Assembly: GCA_965153285.1 (NCBI GenBank)
Contig: OZ229114.1
From: Podarcis tiliguerta
Lineage: Eukaryota
DNA: 64,000 nucleotides
Strand: one strand, 5' to 3'
In this document: one piece after another, positions 50,680 through 62,805 of the stretch
Layout: each line of letters starts with the position of its first letter
Position numbering within the stretch: position 1 is the first letter of the stretch
Program-made: the position numbers and the translations under genes
Notes under the pieces: model-generated
What the model was told of the DNA's origin: nothing
Databases searched by the model: none
Seen by the model: the letters and a program-made list of their open reading frames with translations, nothing else

Positions 50680-52257
50680 ATCCATTATTCTTCTTTATTT
50701 GAAATGGGCAGGAAAAACAGGGCCTATGTCAGGTGACACTTTGATTTTTAAAAACAAACAAACCCTGTTGTGACTGTTCTTTGCAGCTTCCCTGATTTCT
50801 CATGCAATTGGATTTCTATGCATACGATTCCTCACAGAAAATATGCCATCATCTTCAATCTACAGTGATAACTTGTATCTTTGGAAGTACACAACATTTG
50901 CTTTCTTTTTTGCTGGCCACACTACACTATATGCATTCACAACGCACTTTAGGGCTGTCACACATTGCTTCATGACCTCAAAACAAGAAACCAGTCCTAT
51001 ATTAAAACACAGTAGTATTCAATTTAATTATAAAGAGAAGACAACAGCAAGCCAACTTGCATTACATTCTCTCCACTTCAGACAAGTTACATTGTTCTTC
51101 ACAATGTTATAAAGGCAAATTACATGTTTTTAAAAAAGATCAGTGTCCAGAACTATTTTCAAACAGTACATAGTCTTTCAGAGCTAAAAGCCGTATTATT
51201 TTCATTGCCCACAAATTCAATTGGCACAATGCTCCCAGTGTTCCTGTCGCAGACCCCATTCGAAACGGATAAGAGACTGCACAAAAGCACAGCTCTGCTT
51301 TTCTGCAACTCTTGTTCGTTTCAATGGGGACTAAGCAGGAGACATTATTGTGCCCAGTGCCAAAAGTAAAATAAAACAGCCCCAAGTTCGCAAGCGATTG
51401 CCGTCTTTTCTCCTGTCCCCTCTCCCAAGTGACAGAGACTTCAACACTCACCTGAAGAAGGAAGGATATCAGAAGTGTAATAATGAGGCAGTGAAATGAA
51501 CTGCTTATGTTCAAGACAGCATTTCTTTCTACATCCCAAAACATGCAAAAAAAAGTTATTTGGCCAGTAGCTAGGATAAGCAGACAGAATACAAGCTCAA
51601 TTCATTTACAATCTAATAAAGAACAGCAATGCAATATTATTGTAAACTGTTCAACGTCCTTTATTTTAAATACCTTAAAAACATATTTTTGCAAGTTGAT
51701 TTATGTACCTGATGGTTAATAAGGCGAATTCAGTGATTCTGGCTGCACAACATACCATGGTGGGTTTTTTTTGCATATAATTCTCCACGGGCTCTTGCCT
51801 CAGGGCTTTATTCTTCCCACAGAATGCGTACGTACTTATAGTGTCCCTTTCTAAAAAACTACAGTGAAGCAAGCAGCACAGAATAATGATAGGCAGTGGA
51901 GAAGGCAGTTTTTCATTCAGTTGTGACTCTTATTCCCACATAATGCAAATCTGAAAAATGAAAATGTTAAAAGAAATATCTAGATGCAGAAAAGTTAATA
52001 TACTCTGTTCTTGTTCCCTTGCCCACAACCCCCCATGCAGTTAGACATGTTAAAAGCAAACTGAAATGCTTCCTTTCGCTCAAGTGCCTGATCTGGTGCA
52101 ATGTGTAGGTAACAGCTGGCCAGAGAAAGATCTTTGAAATCATCTTCAGCAAGAGAGAGGCACTGCGTTGTTTTTTTTAGCTGAGTTATAATTAAGGCTT
52201 CAGAACGATGCTGGTTCATAGCAGCTCGAGAGTCTTAGGATTGCACTGAGGATCATT
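50680..52257 (-). other. CSGALNACT2: Probable CSGALNACT2 3' UTR
   Basis: Follows the stop codon, AU-rich. Minus-strand AATAAA (plus TTTATT) at 51807-51812, 51660-51665 and 50694-50699. End point inferred. Confidence 0.55.
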
Positions 52258-52550
52258 TTAACCTATTGCTTCACTGTTAGTCCTGTACGCCTGCTTACGC
52301 AGGTGGGTCTCAATCTCCTCTCTGAACACCAGCATCCCAAGGTGAGAGTGAGAGGCCTCATTCATGGCTTTAGACTGGATACACATGCGATATTGCTCCG
52401 GAGTCAGTTCATCGGCACAATGCTTCTCATGCCAGAGATGAAAGAGGCCAGGGACTGGGGTCCTGGCCACAATTAGATCACCATGCAAGTACTTTCGATA
52501 AAGGTGGACATCTTCTCCACCCCAGCCTTTGACTTCCAAGTCAAACCCCC
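52258..52550 (-). CDS. CSGALNACT2: CSGALNACT2 terminal coding exon ([20 protein letters not shown]...[10 protein letters not shown])
   Basis: ttattgcag|gg acceptor; beta4-GT GWGGED motif; TAA stop at 52260-52258. C-terminus resembles CSGALNACT2 (RTNSEAVG, recalled). Confidence 0.96.
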
Positions 52551-52976
52551 CTGCAATAAATCAAAGACAGAAATCAGAAATGCTGTAATCAAATTACTTC
52601 ACAAGCAGAGGTGTAGAGAAGATACATTCATTTTCAAGATCCTATATCTCCAAGCAAAATAAACCAGCAGGACTCACAAGGTTAAAAGATAATTGAAAGT
52701 AGAGATCTCAAGTTGCAAGTTAGGTAATAAAGGGCAAGTCCTTGTCTGAAGAGCTTCAGATTCTAATCACCTAGGAGTCAACAAAATTTTATGTGTGTAA
52801 TCACTAACAGAGAAGGGGAACCTGTTCAACAAAGATGATCACATCTTATATTTTAGTTGGAATTATTCAACTGTTGTCCTCAGTTGTGAACAGCTTCCAG
52901 AACCTAGATCCATCAAAAATCATGAAAAATCTGCACAATGAGTGCAGCCATCTTGCTACTAATTCTTTAACAGTTA

Positions 52977-53218
52977 CAGTGGTACCTCAGGTTACATATG
53001 CTTCAGGTTACATACGCTTCAGGTTACAGACTCCGCTAACCCAGAAATAGTGCTGCAGGTTAAGAACTTTGCTTCAGGATGAGAACAGAAATCGTGCTCT
53101 GGCGGAGTGGCGGCAGCAGGAGGCCCCATTAGCTAAAGTGGTGCTTCAGGTTAAGAACAGTTTCAGGTTAAGAATGGACCTCCAGAACGAATTAAATACT
53201 TAACCTGAGGTACCACTG
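52977..53218. mobile_element. Tc1/mariner (pogo/Tigger-like) MITE
   Basis: Perfect 18-bp TIR CAGTGGTACCTCAGGTTA / TAACCTGAGGTACCACTG with TA on both sides; internal cttcaggtta sub-repeats. Confidence 0.9.
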
Positions 53219-53619
53219 TATTCGCCATTTTTAAAACATGAAGATGGCAAAAAATGAAGTCCGAGAACTCTTGTAACTGAAAGATAGGTGAAAGCCAAAA
53301 ATGGGGAACCCATAACCCTCCAAAGTTTGTTCAACTCCAGTTCCCACCAACCTCAGCCAATGGTAAGGGGTTAAGGGAATGGAGTCTAACAATCTCTTGA
53401 GGTCCACATATTTGCCATCCCTGATATAAGCTAACAATTGCCTATAAGCTCTGCAAGAAAGCTATAGCTACACACATGCTAGGACTCAGGTCCTGATGTC
53501 ATATAAAATCTTATTCCTGAAAGGGAGGAATAAGTTTCCAGATTCATTAAGGGACTCCTTGGCAGGTTTTGAATAAACATTCACAAACTTTTTATTGATA
53601 ATAATCAGCTAAATAGTTT

Positions 53620-53829
53620 GAGAATCTATACAACTTTGTAACATGCAGAAGACAGAAGTCTCAGAGAAACCAAAGACTGGAACGGAGGGAAGTTGGGGGG
53701 TGGGGGCGGGCGGGTTTTGTGGGGGAGGGTGGGGGAGGGAGGAAAAATGGGGGGGGGAACAAGGATGATATATTTTTGGATAATATGTCTTGTTTGAATT
53801 TTGAATAAAAAAACTTTTTTTAAAAAAAC
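53620..53829 (+). mobile_element. Probable L1-type LINE 3' end
   Basis: G-rich tract, then AATAAA and an A-rich tail (aataaaaaaactttttttaaaaaaa). Family assignment is inferred. Confidence 0.45.
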
Positions 53830-55126
53830 AGATTCATTAAGGGAAGCTACGGACACACACACATTTGTGCATTTTTTACAAGAAAGCACTGCCATTTATA
53901 CATACACTTTCCCATTCAACAATCTCCTCTACTCTCAACTGCAGTTAAAGCAAGCAACAAAGCAAAGAAATATTAGTCATTGCGATTCATCATTTATTTT
54001 ATTTATTAAAAGCATTAAAAGAATAAAATTCAGTATTAAACACAATACTTCACAAAGAACAGAAGTAGCATAAAATGCACCCTTCCTGGCAGAAAACATA
54101 CTAAAATAATTAGCACAGGTGTACAACAAGATACAAGTAATAAACTGAGAAGTCCTCATTATAGAAAAACATGAGCTGTTTAAAAGCAAAAAAAATGTAT
54201 AATACGGACACGGCAAAAGTGCAATTCCTTGTCAGCAATAGTCAAATATTATAATAAAAAGTCTCCTTTAAAAATCAGCAAGAATTAGTTAAGGCCCCAA
54301 AGCCAAACAACAATCAGTGGGAACACACAAAATTACCAAGACTGATGAATTCTACAGCAAAAATGATTATTCCTTTCTCTTTTTCTTTGGAATTGTTTCT
54401 GATCTCCCTACCCAAACTCTTGTTCCACTGAATTGGCTTTATTTGTCTCCTCCAGTTATCCCTTCCCTAGCTATTGTTCCTCTTCTTTAGATAACCTAAT
54501 CCTATGGCACTATGGACATACTCATCTTTCATGGACAGGGAACAATAATATCTAGAAGCTGGAGCAGAGTCACACATACTTAGGCTTGGGCTGCCCACAG
54601 ACAAACAGGAAGTAAATAGTAATTTGCCTTAATTAAAAATATGAAGGGAGACAAGGCAAAAAAGAAATATTGGTGCAGTGCTACTGCATTTTTAAAAGCA
54701 GCATTAATATTGTACAGTAACTAAAATAAGACAAAGCTATTACACAATATCAAAACTCAGTTAAGCCACAAGGTGGTGCCAACATATACAGACAAAACTA
54801 AGCTGTGAGGCTTGTGCTAGCTTTTTAAATACTCAAGTAAGAAACCGCATGGGTGAATAACTCACACATTTTTTTCCTACAAAGTTCAAGAACCATGATT
54901 TAATTAAGTATGCCCTGGGTGTCTTTAGATTGAAAGGCCGGACAGAAATAATGTAAAGTAATAGTTTCCTGGAAGAAATCATTTCTCTTCCTTAGTGAGA
55001 GCAAGAGTCACTGGAGCTGGGTATTTGTGCAGAATATCCAGCAAGAAGCAACATTCCCATGTCAATCAGTAAACAGAGGATATTTGACAAAATCCAAGAC
55101 AAAAATCATAAAGCAAAGCATCTTAC

Positions 55127-55208
55127 CGACAGCCAAGAAATCTGTTCGATACTGACAAGTCATTCCAAAACCAAAATCCCTCCAAAAACCAGAATCCTTT
55201 TTGTGCAC
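55127..55208 (-). CDS. CSGALNACT2: CSGALNACT2 exon ([27 protein letters not shown])
   Basis: aattgtag|gtg acceptor; tcg|gtaaga donor. 82 nt; [10 protein letters not shown] motif. Confidence 0.95.
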
Positions 55209-56434
55209 CTACAATTATAAAAAGTATGCATATTTAGGCATTTCGAGAAGAAACAGGATCTGAAATTAATTATCCCAGTAAACAATTCACTCACCACCCA
55301 CTAGGGATGGGGGAGAATTTCAATTCGATTTGCATTTAAAGGTACCTAATTGGCAGTTTCCAAAACATTCTGAGAACCGAAGCACAGCTGTCCTTCGAAT
55401 TTTGCAGTTGTCTAGCCAAGAAGCATGTACAAAAATGCATACGCCGGGATAAAGTGTCCATAAAAATGGATGTGTTAGTGAAATCATACAAAAATTTGCA
55501 GTGCCAAGAGGCAGTTGAAACAACGGCATCAAGGCAAAACTAGGCATAACAGGCAGCACGAGTTTATTTCCAAAAATGGCATGTAGACTTCCTGCTTCTC
55601 TATAACAACACACGGTCATAATGTGCCCTGAATGTGTTTTCGCTGGGATTTCCATGTTCGTTGTCCCATCAAGTTCAAGTTGAAGTGAGACTAAGGAAGC
55701 AATCCTAACTTGCCCCACCCACAGCCTGGCTTCATGAAGAAGCAGTGGCAGAACGACTGCAATGCCAGCCTGGAACTGGTACACTGGTTGGGCCCAGGTC
55801 ACACCTGATGCAGCAGCAGGGATAACACAGGATTTAAGGATCCTGGGTTGGCTCAGCCCCATAAAGCTCAGTTTGAAGGCTTTATGCTTCTGGGATGCTG
55901 CTGGCGGCACTTCCATAGGCACATTTGGCAGGCAGAAGTAGGTGCAAAGTAATCAAATCACCCTGTGTAAAGAAACACACACCACAATTCCTCTTCTTCT
56001 ATCTCCTTGGCCTTCTATGAACTTCCTGTGTGATCCCCAGCTTTAGCAGGCTTCCTTGACCATATAGGCCTTCAGCTGTGGAGGCTCCCTACTTTACAGC
56101 TTTACACGCAGCATGAATAGGACCTTAGCCTACCTCGTACTCCAGCCAGTGTGCTACACATTACACAGTAACAGATTTCCAATTTTGCCCTCATCTAATG
56201 TTTCTCAGTTTTCTTCTTTAATGAAGCAAACACCATGTATCATTAGGAACATGCCATTTTATTCTTCCGCAAATGGTGTGGTAGAATCGTTCACCTTTGA
56301 CCACTGACTCTCTGATACTTTTTTTAAAAAAACTGAACACAAACTCTGCAAGCTTTGCATGATGTTTGTATGCATCATTTGTAGATGCTGCTGAATTATT
56401 GTCATTTTTACAGAAGGGTATGGGGTAAATTCTG

Positions 56435-56945
56435 GAGTACAGGTTCAGGTTTAAGGTGCTGGTTTTAACCTTTAAAGCCCTATATGGCCTAGGACCCTCG
56501 TACCTACGGGACACCTCTCCTGGTATGTCCTACGGAGGACCTTATGGTCTTCAAATAAAAACATCTTGGAGATCCCTGGCCACAGGGAGGTTAGGCTGGC
56601 CTCGACCAGAGCCAGGGCTTTTTTGGCCGTGGCCTCAATCTGGTGGAACGTTCTGTCACAAGGGACTAGGGCCCTGTGGGACTTGACATCTTTTCACAAG
56701 GCCTGCAAGACAGTGTGGTTCCGCCAAGGTACAGTCTGACTCCCTCTCTTCTTTCTGTAATCCCCATAGAACTCTAGCACAATGGTTGCCATTAATTTGA
56801 TTCTGAATTGATTTTAGAATGTATTTTAATTAATTGACTATGATTTTATGTACACTGCTATTTTTACTTGTTGTTAGCCACTCTGAGCTCAGCTTTGGCT
56901 GGGGAGGGTGAGATACAAATAAAATTGTATGATGATGATGATGAA
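56435..56945 (+). mobile_element. L2 LINE 3' fragment
   Basis: Encodes RFKVLVLTFKALYGLGPSYLRD (L2 ORF2 C-terminal motif), then frameshifted RAF..A.P..WN-like sequence, 3' UTR and (ATG)n tail. Confidence 0.8.
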
Positions 56946-57522
56946 GAGGATAACTGACATTAGCACCAGTCTATATGTGGATAAAGCTATATTCCTTCTC
57001 CATTTTTTTATCTTTAGGTTAACCGGATGAATAGTTGGGAATTTAGGAAGCTTTTTGGACTATGGAACATTTAAGGAGAATGCAATTTAAGGCTTATTAG
57101 TATCTGTTTGGTTAATCATTTTTATTTCCAAATTCTTCTAAGTTGATTGTTCTTGAGTGAAAGATTGCTGAAATCTTTATTCACTCTATTTCACATTTGA
57201 ATTTCCCCTACCTAGCATTTAATGATTTACATGCTCCTTGGCATGTAAATGAATGTGCTCATTTACACATTTGTTTTATGTTTCAGTGAGTGTTGAATTT
57301 ATAAGTTTTCATCATCCCATGCAGTGTTTTAAATATTTCAAATTTCTTTTTCTTTTGATCTGACTCTTGTCCTCTCTGCTTAATGGAGAAGGCTCAACAG
57401 AGCTAAATTTAAAGGACCTACTTTCCACGATAAACAGTTCTTCCATCAAACACTGCATTGAAGCTGCTACGGTTAATATGGAGAACAAGGTTTTTAAGCT
57501 TCTTTAAACTCCAGTCACTTAC

Positions 57523-57617
57523 CAACTGCTGCTCCACAGGGGGTGGCACATCTTGATTAGCATAGACAATGGCAGGATTATAAAGGCTGAATACCACAGG
57601 ATAGAAAACTTTCTTCC
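57523..57617 (-). CDS. CSGALNACT2: CSGALNACT2 exon ((G)[31 protein letters not shown])
   Basis: tctctgtag|gg acceptor; ttg|gtaagt donor. 95 nt. Confidence 0.95.
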
Positions 57618-58257
57618 CTACAGAGACAGGAGAGATTCGTTACTCCTTATGGGACATCTTTGGGCAGAAAAAAGCAGCTGCACGTTTCCTCTATTTTTTT
57701 TATTAAACAGTAATCCATCTAAAAGCAAAAGAAAAGAAAAAAGTCTGCCTCTTAAGACGTTTGCTCAAAAAACCCATGTTATGCATCAATCACAGCACAA
57801 AGGGGGAATGGAACCAAGCATGCACAGCCAAATATTATATTTGGGTCTGGAACGAGAGCATCAAATAACCTGAGGAGTTAAAAGCAACAGTGTTCAAAAT
57901 TATTCCTGACTGGAGGAGATCGTTCTGATGAAGGTAACTATAAATAAAACTTTCGAAAAGGGTCATGAAAGACACATGACTCCTAACCTCAACATCCCTC
58001 CAAAATAAAAGGTATAGTTTTGCCATTGCTGCAAATTTTGGCCCAATTCCAGATGTGGCTCTTGCCAAGGGCGTTGGATAGGGATTAGAATGTCACATCT
58101 TGGGGAGACCAAGATTTAATTCTTTTATTACGTAGGATCTAATGAAGAGGTGCCAGTGCCAGTTTAAAAATGCACAGTGGGGTTGTCCCCTGCCTGTGGG
58201 GGTGCTGGGCAAGAGAAGATAGATGACAGGAACATGGAAAACTGCTTAATCCAAGTG

Positions 58258-58420
58258 AGAACATTGGTCCATCTAGTTCATAACTGTTTACGTGAGTGGC
58301 AGCAGCTTTCTGGTTTCAGACAGGAGACATTCCAGTGCTAATGGAAGATGCTGTGAGTTGAACTTGGGGGTCTTCTGCATGCAGCGCCGAATGCTCTACC
58401 AGGTGGCCTATGCCACTCCA
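58258..58420 (-). mobile_element. Old tRNA-derived SINE relic (relatives near 20712-20850 and 60870-61040)
   Basis: cattggtccatctagttca...gagttgaacttggggGTCTTCTGCATGC...gctctacc pattern recurs in the window. Confidence 0.5.
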
Positions 58421-58757
58421 CTATTTGAAGCTCAGTTCCCATCTTTGTTTTATACTCAAGTTTCCAGTCCCTAACAAATTATCTGCCCACACCTATCCCA
58501 GTGTTATGCTTTTCATGGTGGCCAGTGGGAACTATGCATGTGATGCATAGAGACAACATTCCTATTTGTCCTCAGGATCTGGTAGGTGGAGGAATCCTGC
58601 CTCTGAGACATTTCATTCCATTTAACTATCATGGATGATAGCAGACACTTCTATGGGAAGAGCACTGAGAAGCAGTATTGAGTAGAGCTGGTGGGACTTG
58701 CAGCCCTCCCACTTTCCAGAAGCCTTGGCTGACTTTAGGAACCTAGTGTGAACATAC

Positions 58758-58936
58758 CTGGCTCAGCATTCAAGCGGCAGCTATTTAAGAACTCTGCTGT
58801 GAAATAAATATCAACATCGCAGAAGAACATCAAGACCTCGCCTTTTTCCCAGGCTCTGGCACCCACATCTAGTCCCCGACCACGATTGAATTCCTCATTC
58901 AAAGAAACCAGGGTGTAATTATGAAAGTTAGCCTCT
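58758..58936 (-). CDS. CSGALNACT2: CSGALNACT2 exon ([22 protein letters not shown]...FFCDVD...RLNAEP)
   Basis: ttttccttag|a acceptor; cag|gtatgt donor. 179 nt; contains the DxD (DVD) glycosyltransferase metal-binding motif. Confidence 0.96.
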
Positions 58937-59836
58937 CTAAGGAAAAAAAAGAGGGGTGGGGACATAGAGAAAGAGTGATGTTAAAATGTTCAGTTCATGA
59001 CACGTCAGCTTCAGCTAGGCAAACTGTGTTTCATACACAGCCTGGGCTCTATCTCTTTTATGGAATAGGTTTTGCACTTATGGATGCTGCCAATTGGGAT
59101 ATATTTCTGTTGGATTCTGTCAGAAGCAAGGGCAACCAGGTGACAAATTAAAATGTTATCTGTAGTGGCACTTGAACTCTAGAACTCTTGATGCCTTCTT
59201 TGCAAGTCAATACATTTTTATCTTTAGTTTCTATATTCTGCTCCAGGTAAAAAGAGTTTCTCCCAGATATGAAACAGAAATATATAGGATCAAGATGGAA
59301 GCAAGATTTTACTTCTACCACTAAATTAAATAGTTTCAAGAAAAACTGGAAACACCTTGCCTGCAATAAGTTTGCTGTAAATTACCACCACCTCCCCCCA
59401 AAAAACAGTTTACCAATGCAGATGTATTTTGAACACAGAACCATAAACACATAGGAAAGTCTCTGAGTGCTTATCAGCATCCTCTATTTTGTCATTTAAA
59501 GTCTCCTACTGGCATAGGATATTTTTATGCTTTAGAAAAAATTTGTGTTTGCTGTGGTTTGTTGCAATGTGTTTTCTTGTAAAGGAACAGTAGAATATTG
59601 ATTTCACTAAAAAATAAATTCAGAAAAATAAAAACTTTGCTACTCACTCACTAAAATGCAAAGTGATAACATTGCATGGGCTTCTCTGAAGGTTTTCTAC
59701 TTACCCCAGACAGTCACCAAAACCCTTTGCCTTATCTGGGGGAAGCATTATATCAGCACCTCATTAAGACATATTTAAACAGCTAATTACTGCTTTGTTT
59801 TTTACATAATCAGAAGTTTGAACTTTTTCAACTTAC

Positions 59837-59938
59837 CTAGCAACTGATTCTAAGATGCTCTTGACGTCAGAAAGACCCTCATGTCCAAAATATACAACTG
59901 TGAGGTGAATCCGCTTGTCCTGGTTAATGCACACTTCC
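59837..59938 (-). CDS. CSGALNACT2: CSGALNACT2 exon ((R)[33 protein letters not shown])
   Basis: cttctccag|g acceptor; tag|gtaagt donor. 102 nt, phase 2/2. Confidence 0.95.
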
Positions 59939-60469
59939 CTGGAGAAGCAAAACAAGTATTTGGTATTGCAATAGCTTAACAAGGGGTTTTGTAATTTAAA
60001 ATAGCAAATATCGCATACTGGATTTGTTCTATTTACAAATACATTTACCTATTGCATCCTAGAAACCAATCCGACCAAATTAATCACTAAGTCACTGCAC
60101 TATCGGGAATACCAAGCTTATAGGTGTGATGTCCATTATACATGAATGACAAACGGCTGCAGTTCATTAATTCTTTGTGCCTTCTTCCCATTACTGCTTC
60201 TTGAGATGTGGCTAATGTTTAATCCTTTGCAGATCAGGTATCAAATGCTCCAGCAATCTATGGTCACATTTTGCACACTAGCCTATATTTCAGAGGCAAA
60301 AAAGCATCTCAGATTTTAAATTGAGAAGATGCTTCTCCAAACTGGAACTACCAGTGTTCTACAGTACCACTAAGCATTATAGCTGATTGGAAGATTCACT
60401 GTATTTGACTTCTACTGTAGAAAATGACTACATAGGATTGGTATAGGGCCTAGTTTCTGAAGCACTTAC

Positions 60470-60686
60470 CTGAAGTTTTGCATGAACTGTGCAAAAACCT
60501 CCGTCCTTCCAGCAAGGGGAACAATAATGTTTATTATTGACCTGGAGATGTCAACAGTTTCACTCTTCACTTTCATTAGGGGCCCAAATGGACGAAACAG
60601 TGTGACATGCCTGTACTCCATATCATCTGCCTTCTTGTAGAACAGTTCATATTGTGTCCCTTTGTCTCTCTCAGTACGGTAATAAC
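60470..60686 (-). CDS. CSGALNACT2: CSGALNACT2 internal exon ((G)YYRTERDKGTQYELFYKK...INIIVPLAGRTEVFAQFMQNF)
   Basis: Minus strand: ttcctaag|gt acceptor, cag|gtaagt donor. 217 nt; chondroitin GalNAc-transferase sequence (HVTLFRPFGPLMKVK). Confidence 0.95.
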
Positions 60687-62594
60687 CTTAGGAACAATTT
60701 ACAGGAGGAACTGATTCAGTCACAGACTTTAAACTCGGTGACAAATTCCACTGCTTCAGGAATTACTATACATTGTGAGGAGAGTGTCAATATTCAGGAT
60801 GGTGCTCAGCCAGGTACATTATTAGGTAGAAAAACAAACAAACTCAGCTGTCAAGATTGAAAATGTGAAAGGAACTCCAGAGCACAATCTTCTCATATAT
60901 AAAACCCAGATTCAACCCCTCGTAATTCCACTTAAAGTATTTCAAGTACCAAGATGAGGAAAAGACCTTAGCCAAATGCTAGACAAGCTGCTGCGAGTCA
61001 CAGCAGATGGAACAATGATCTGATTCTACAAGGCAGTTCCTTAACTATTTCTGCAACAAAAGGACCAACCCAAGTGTGTCTCCTATTCTCAAAATGCTAG
61101 CCAAGTTGTAAATTGCACTCTTGCAGGGAGAGGGGGCCAAGGAGAGAGAGAGAGAGAGAGACTGCAGTAACCAATCTTAAAAATGAAAATCAGACTCCTG
61201 CCTTCATTATCTATTGTAGAATTTTATTGACAGATTAAGATGCTTAGTAGGTCAAGTCCTACACTAAGCAGCAGATGACTCGGCTTGACTGTGTTAAGCT
61301 GCGACTGATCCTTCTTCAAGAAGATCAATACTTTAAAATCAGCTGGCTGACTTTCATAGAACAAATTTGTACTCATTTAAGTCTAACCTGCTTCTTGGCA
61401 ACATCAGGCTCTCAAGAAAGCTTTCATTATAATTACTACCAAATACAGTTTTTATTAAAGTATCCGTTGGTAATCTTTGATTTAGCAATTGAAACAACCA
61501 TTCCCAATTCCTCTTTGAAAAAGAAAAAAGATGCTACTTCTTTAGGCTTATCAAAGGCTAAGTGTACATCATTCATCCAGGGTTTTTGGGAGGAGAGGGA
61601 GAAGCAGAAGGTGCAAAGGAACAAGTACTAGAAAGCATTATCATTTTTTTCCTCTAAATAGTTCCCGTATCCTTAATGTAATCTGCGAGCATTTAGAAGT
61701 CCTGCACTAAAGGATGACAAATTTGGCAAACACTGACAATAAACTTGTATTGTCTCCAAAGAGCAAATATGCATTACAGAAACCAAATAGTAGCAAACTA
61801 TTTCCATAGCTGGACTCAAAAAATGCCCATTGCAGGAGGTAAATAATTTTCTCTCCATCAGTTTCCTTGATAGAAAATGAACTGTGGTAGATCTAATTAA
61901 AACAAACACTACTGTCATTTGCAGAAATTTTCATAAATGCTGCTCAAAGTGAAAATTTTGAGTTAAATATTTGTTTAACTGGAAAGGATCAAAAGGGTAA
62001 GTTTAAGGGAACAGTTTTTCATAGAGCTGTGCAAAAACAGCCTCTAGAAAATCTATATCGTATTTATCAGCGGCGAAGTTGGATGACAGTTTTGCCAAAT
62101 ATTTTCCAGAAAACTACTGGAAGAAAAAAGGTTTTTGATTGATTGATTGATTGTATACCACCCTACCTCCGCAGAGTTCAGCAGTTCACAAATTAAAAAT
62201 ACAAGATAAAAACACAAAATACACAATAAAAGCAAGAAGGGGGGAAAAACCTAATAAGAGTAATGCTAGGTCAGGTCAATGGCCCATTCAGTCCAGCATC
62301 CTGTTCTTACAGTGGCCAACCGGATGCCTGTGGGAAACACGCAAGCAGTCAATATGCACACATTCTCCAAGGCCTGTTGAAGATTATGCATATTGACCAG
62401 GAAATGTGCATTATTCCCTCTTCATGGAAGCATTATATGCAGATTCTCCATGAAGCCAAGTGAATGTGTGCAATGACTAGCTGTCATGCACATTAAATGT
62501 TTGACAGGGCTAGGAAAATTTGCTTTCGAAATATATCATAATATATCGCCAGCTAAAACTTGTGATATCCCAATATATTATGATGTTGGAAAGG

Positions 62595-62805
62595 AGGCAG
62601 GGATCTGTCCGGATCCCCGTTTGCATCCTGAAGCGAACACAACCCATGCCTGCACATCGCGATTTGCCGCTTCCGCGCATGCACGTGACATCATTTTGAC
62701 TGTCTGCGCATGTGCAAGCGTCGAAACCCGGAAGTAACATGTTCCGTTACTTCCGGGTCGCCGAAAGCGCTCAACCTGAAGCATATTTAACCCAAGGTAT
62801 GACTG
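62595..62805. mobile_element. Truncated pogo/Tigger-like MITE
   Basis: Right TIR aacccaaggtatgactg+ta resembles that of 5139-5390; internal aacccggaagt...acttccgggt palindrome. Left TIR not seen. Confidence 0.6.

Noticed and set aside
55320-55922. 200-aa minus-strand ORF
   Set aside because: Inside a CSGALNACT2 intron, overlaps repeat-like sequence near 55300-55500, no recognisable domain, and not needed for the in-frame exon chain.
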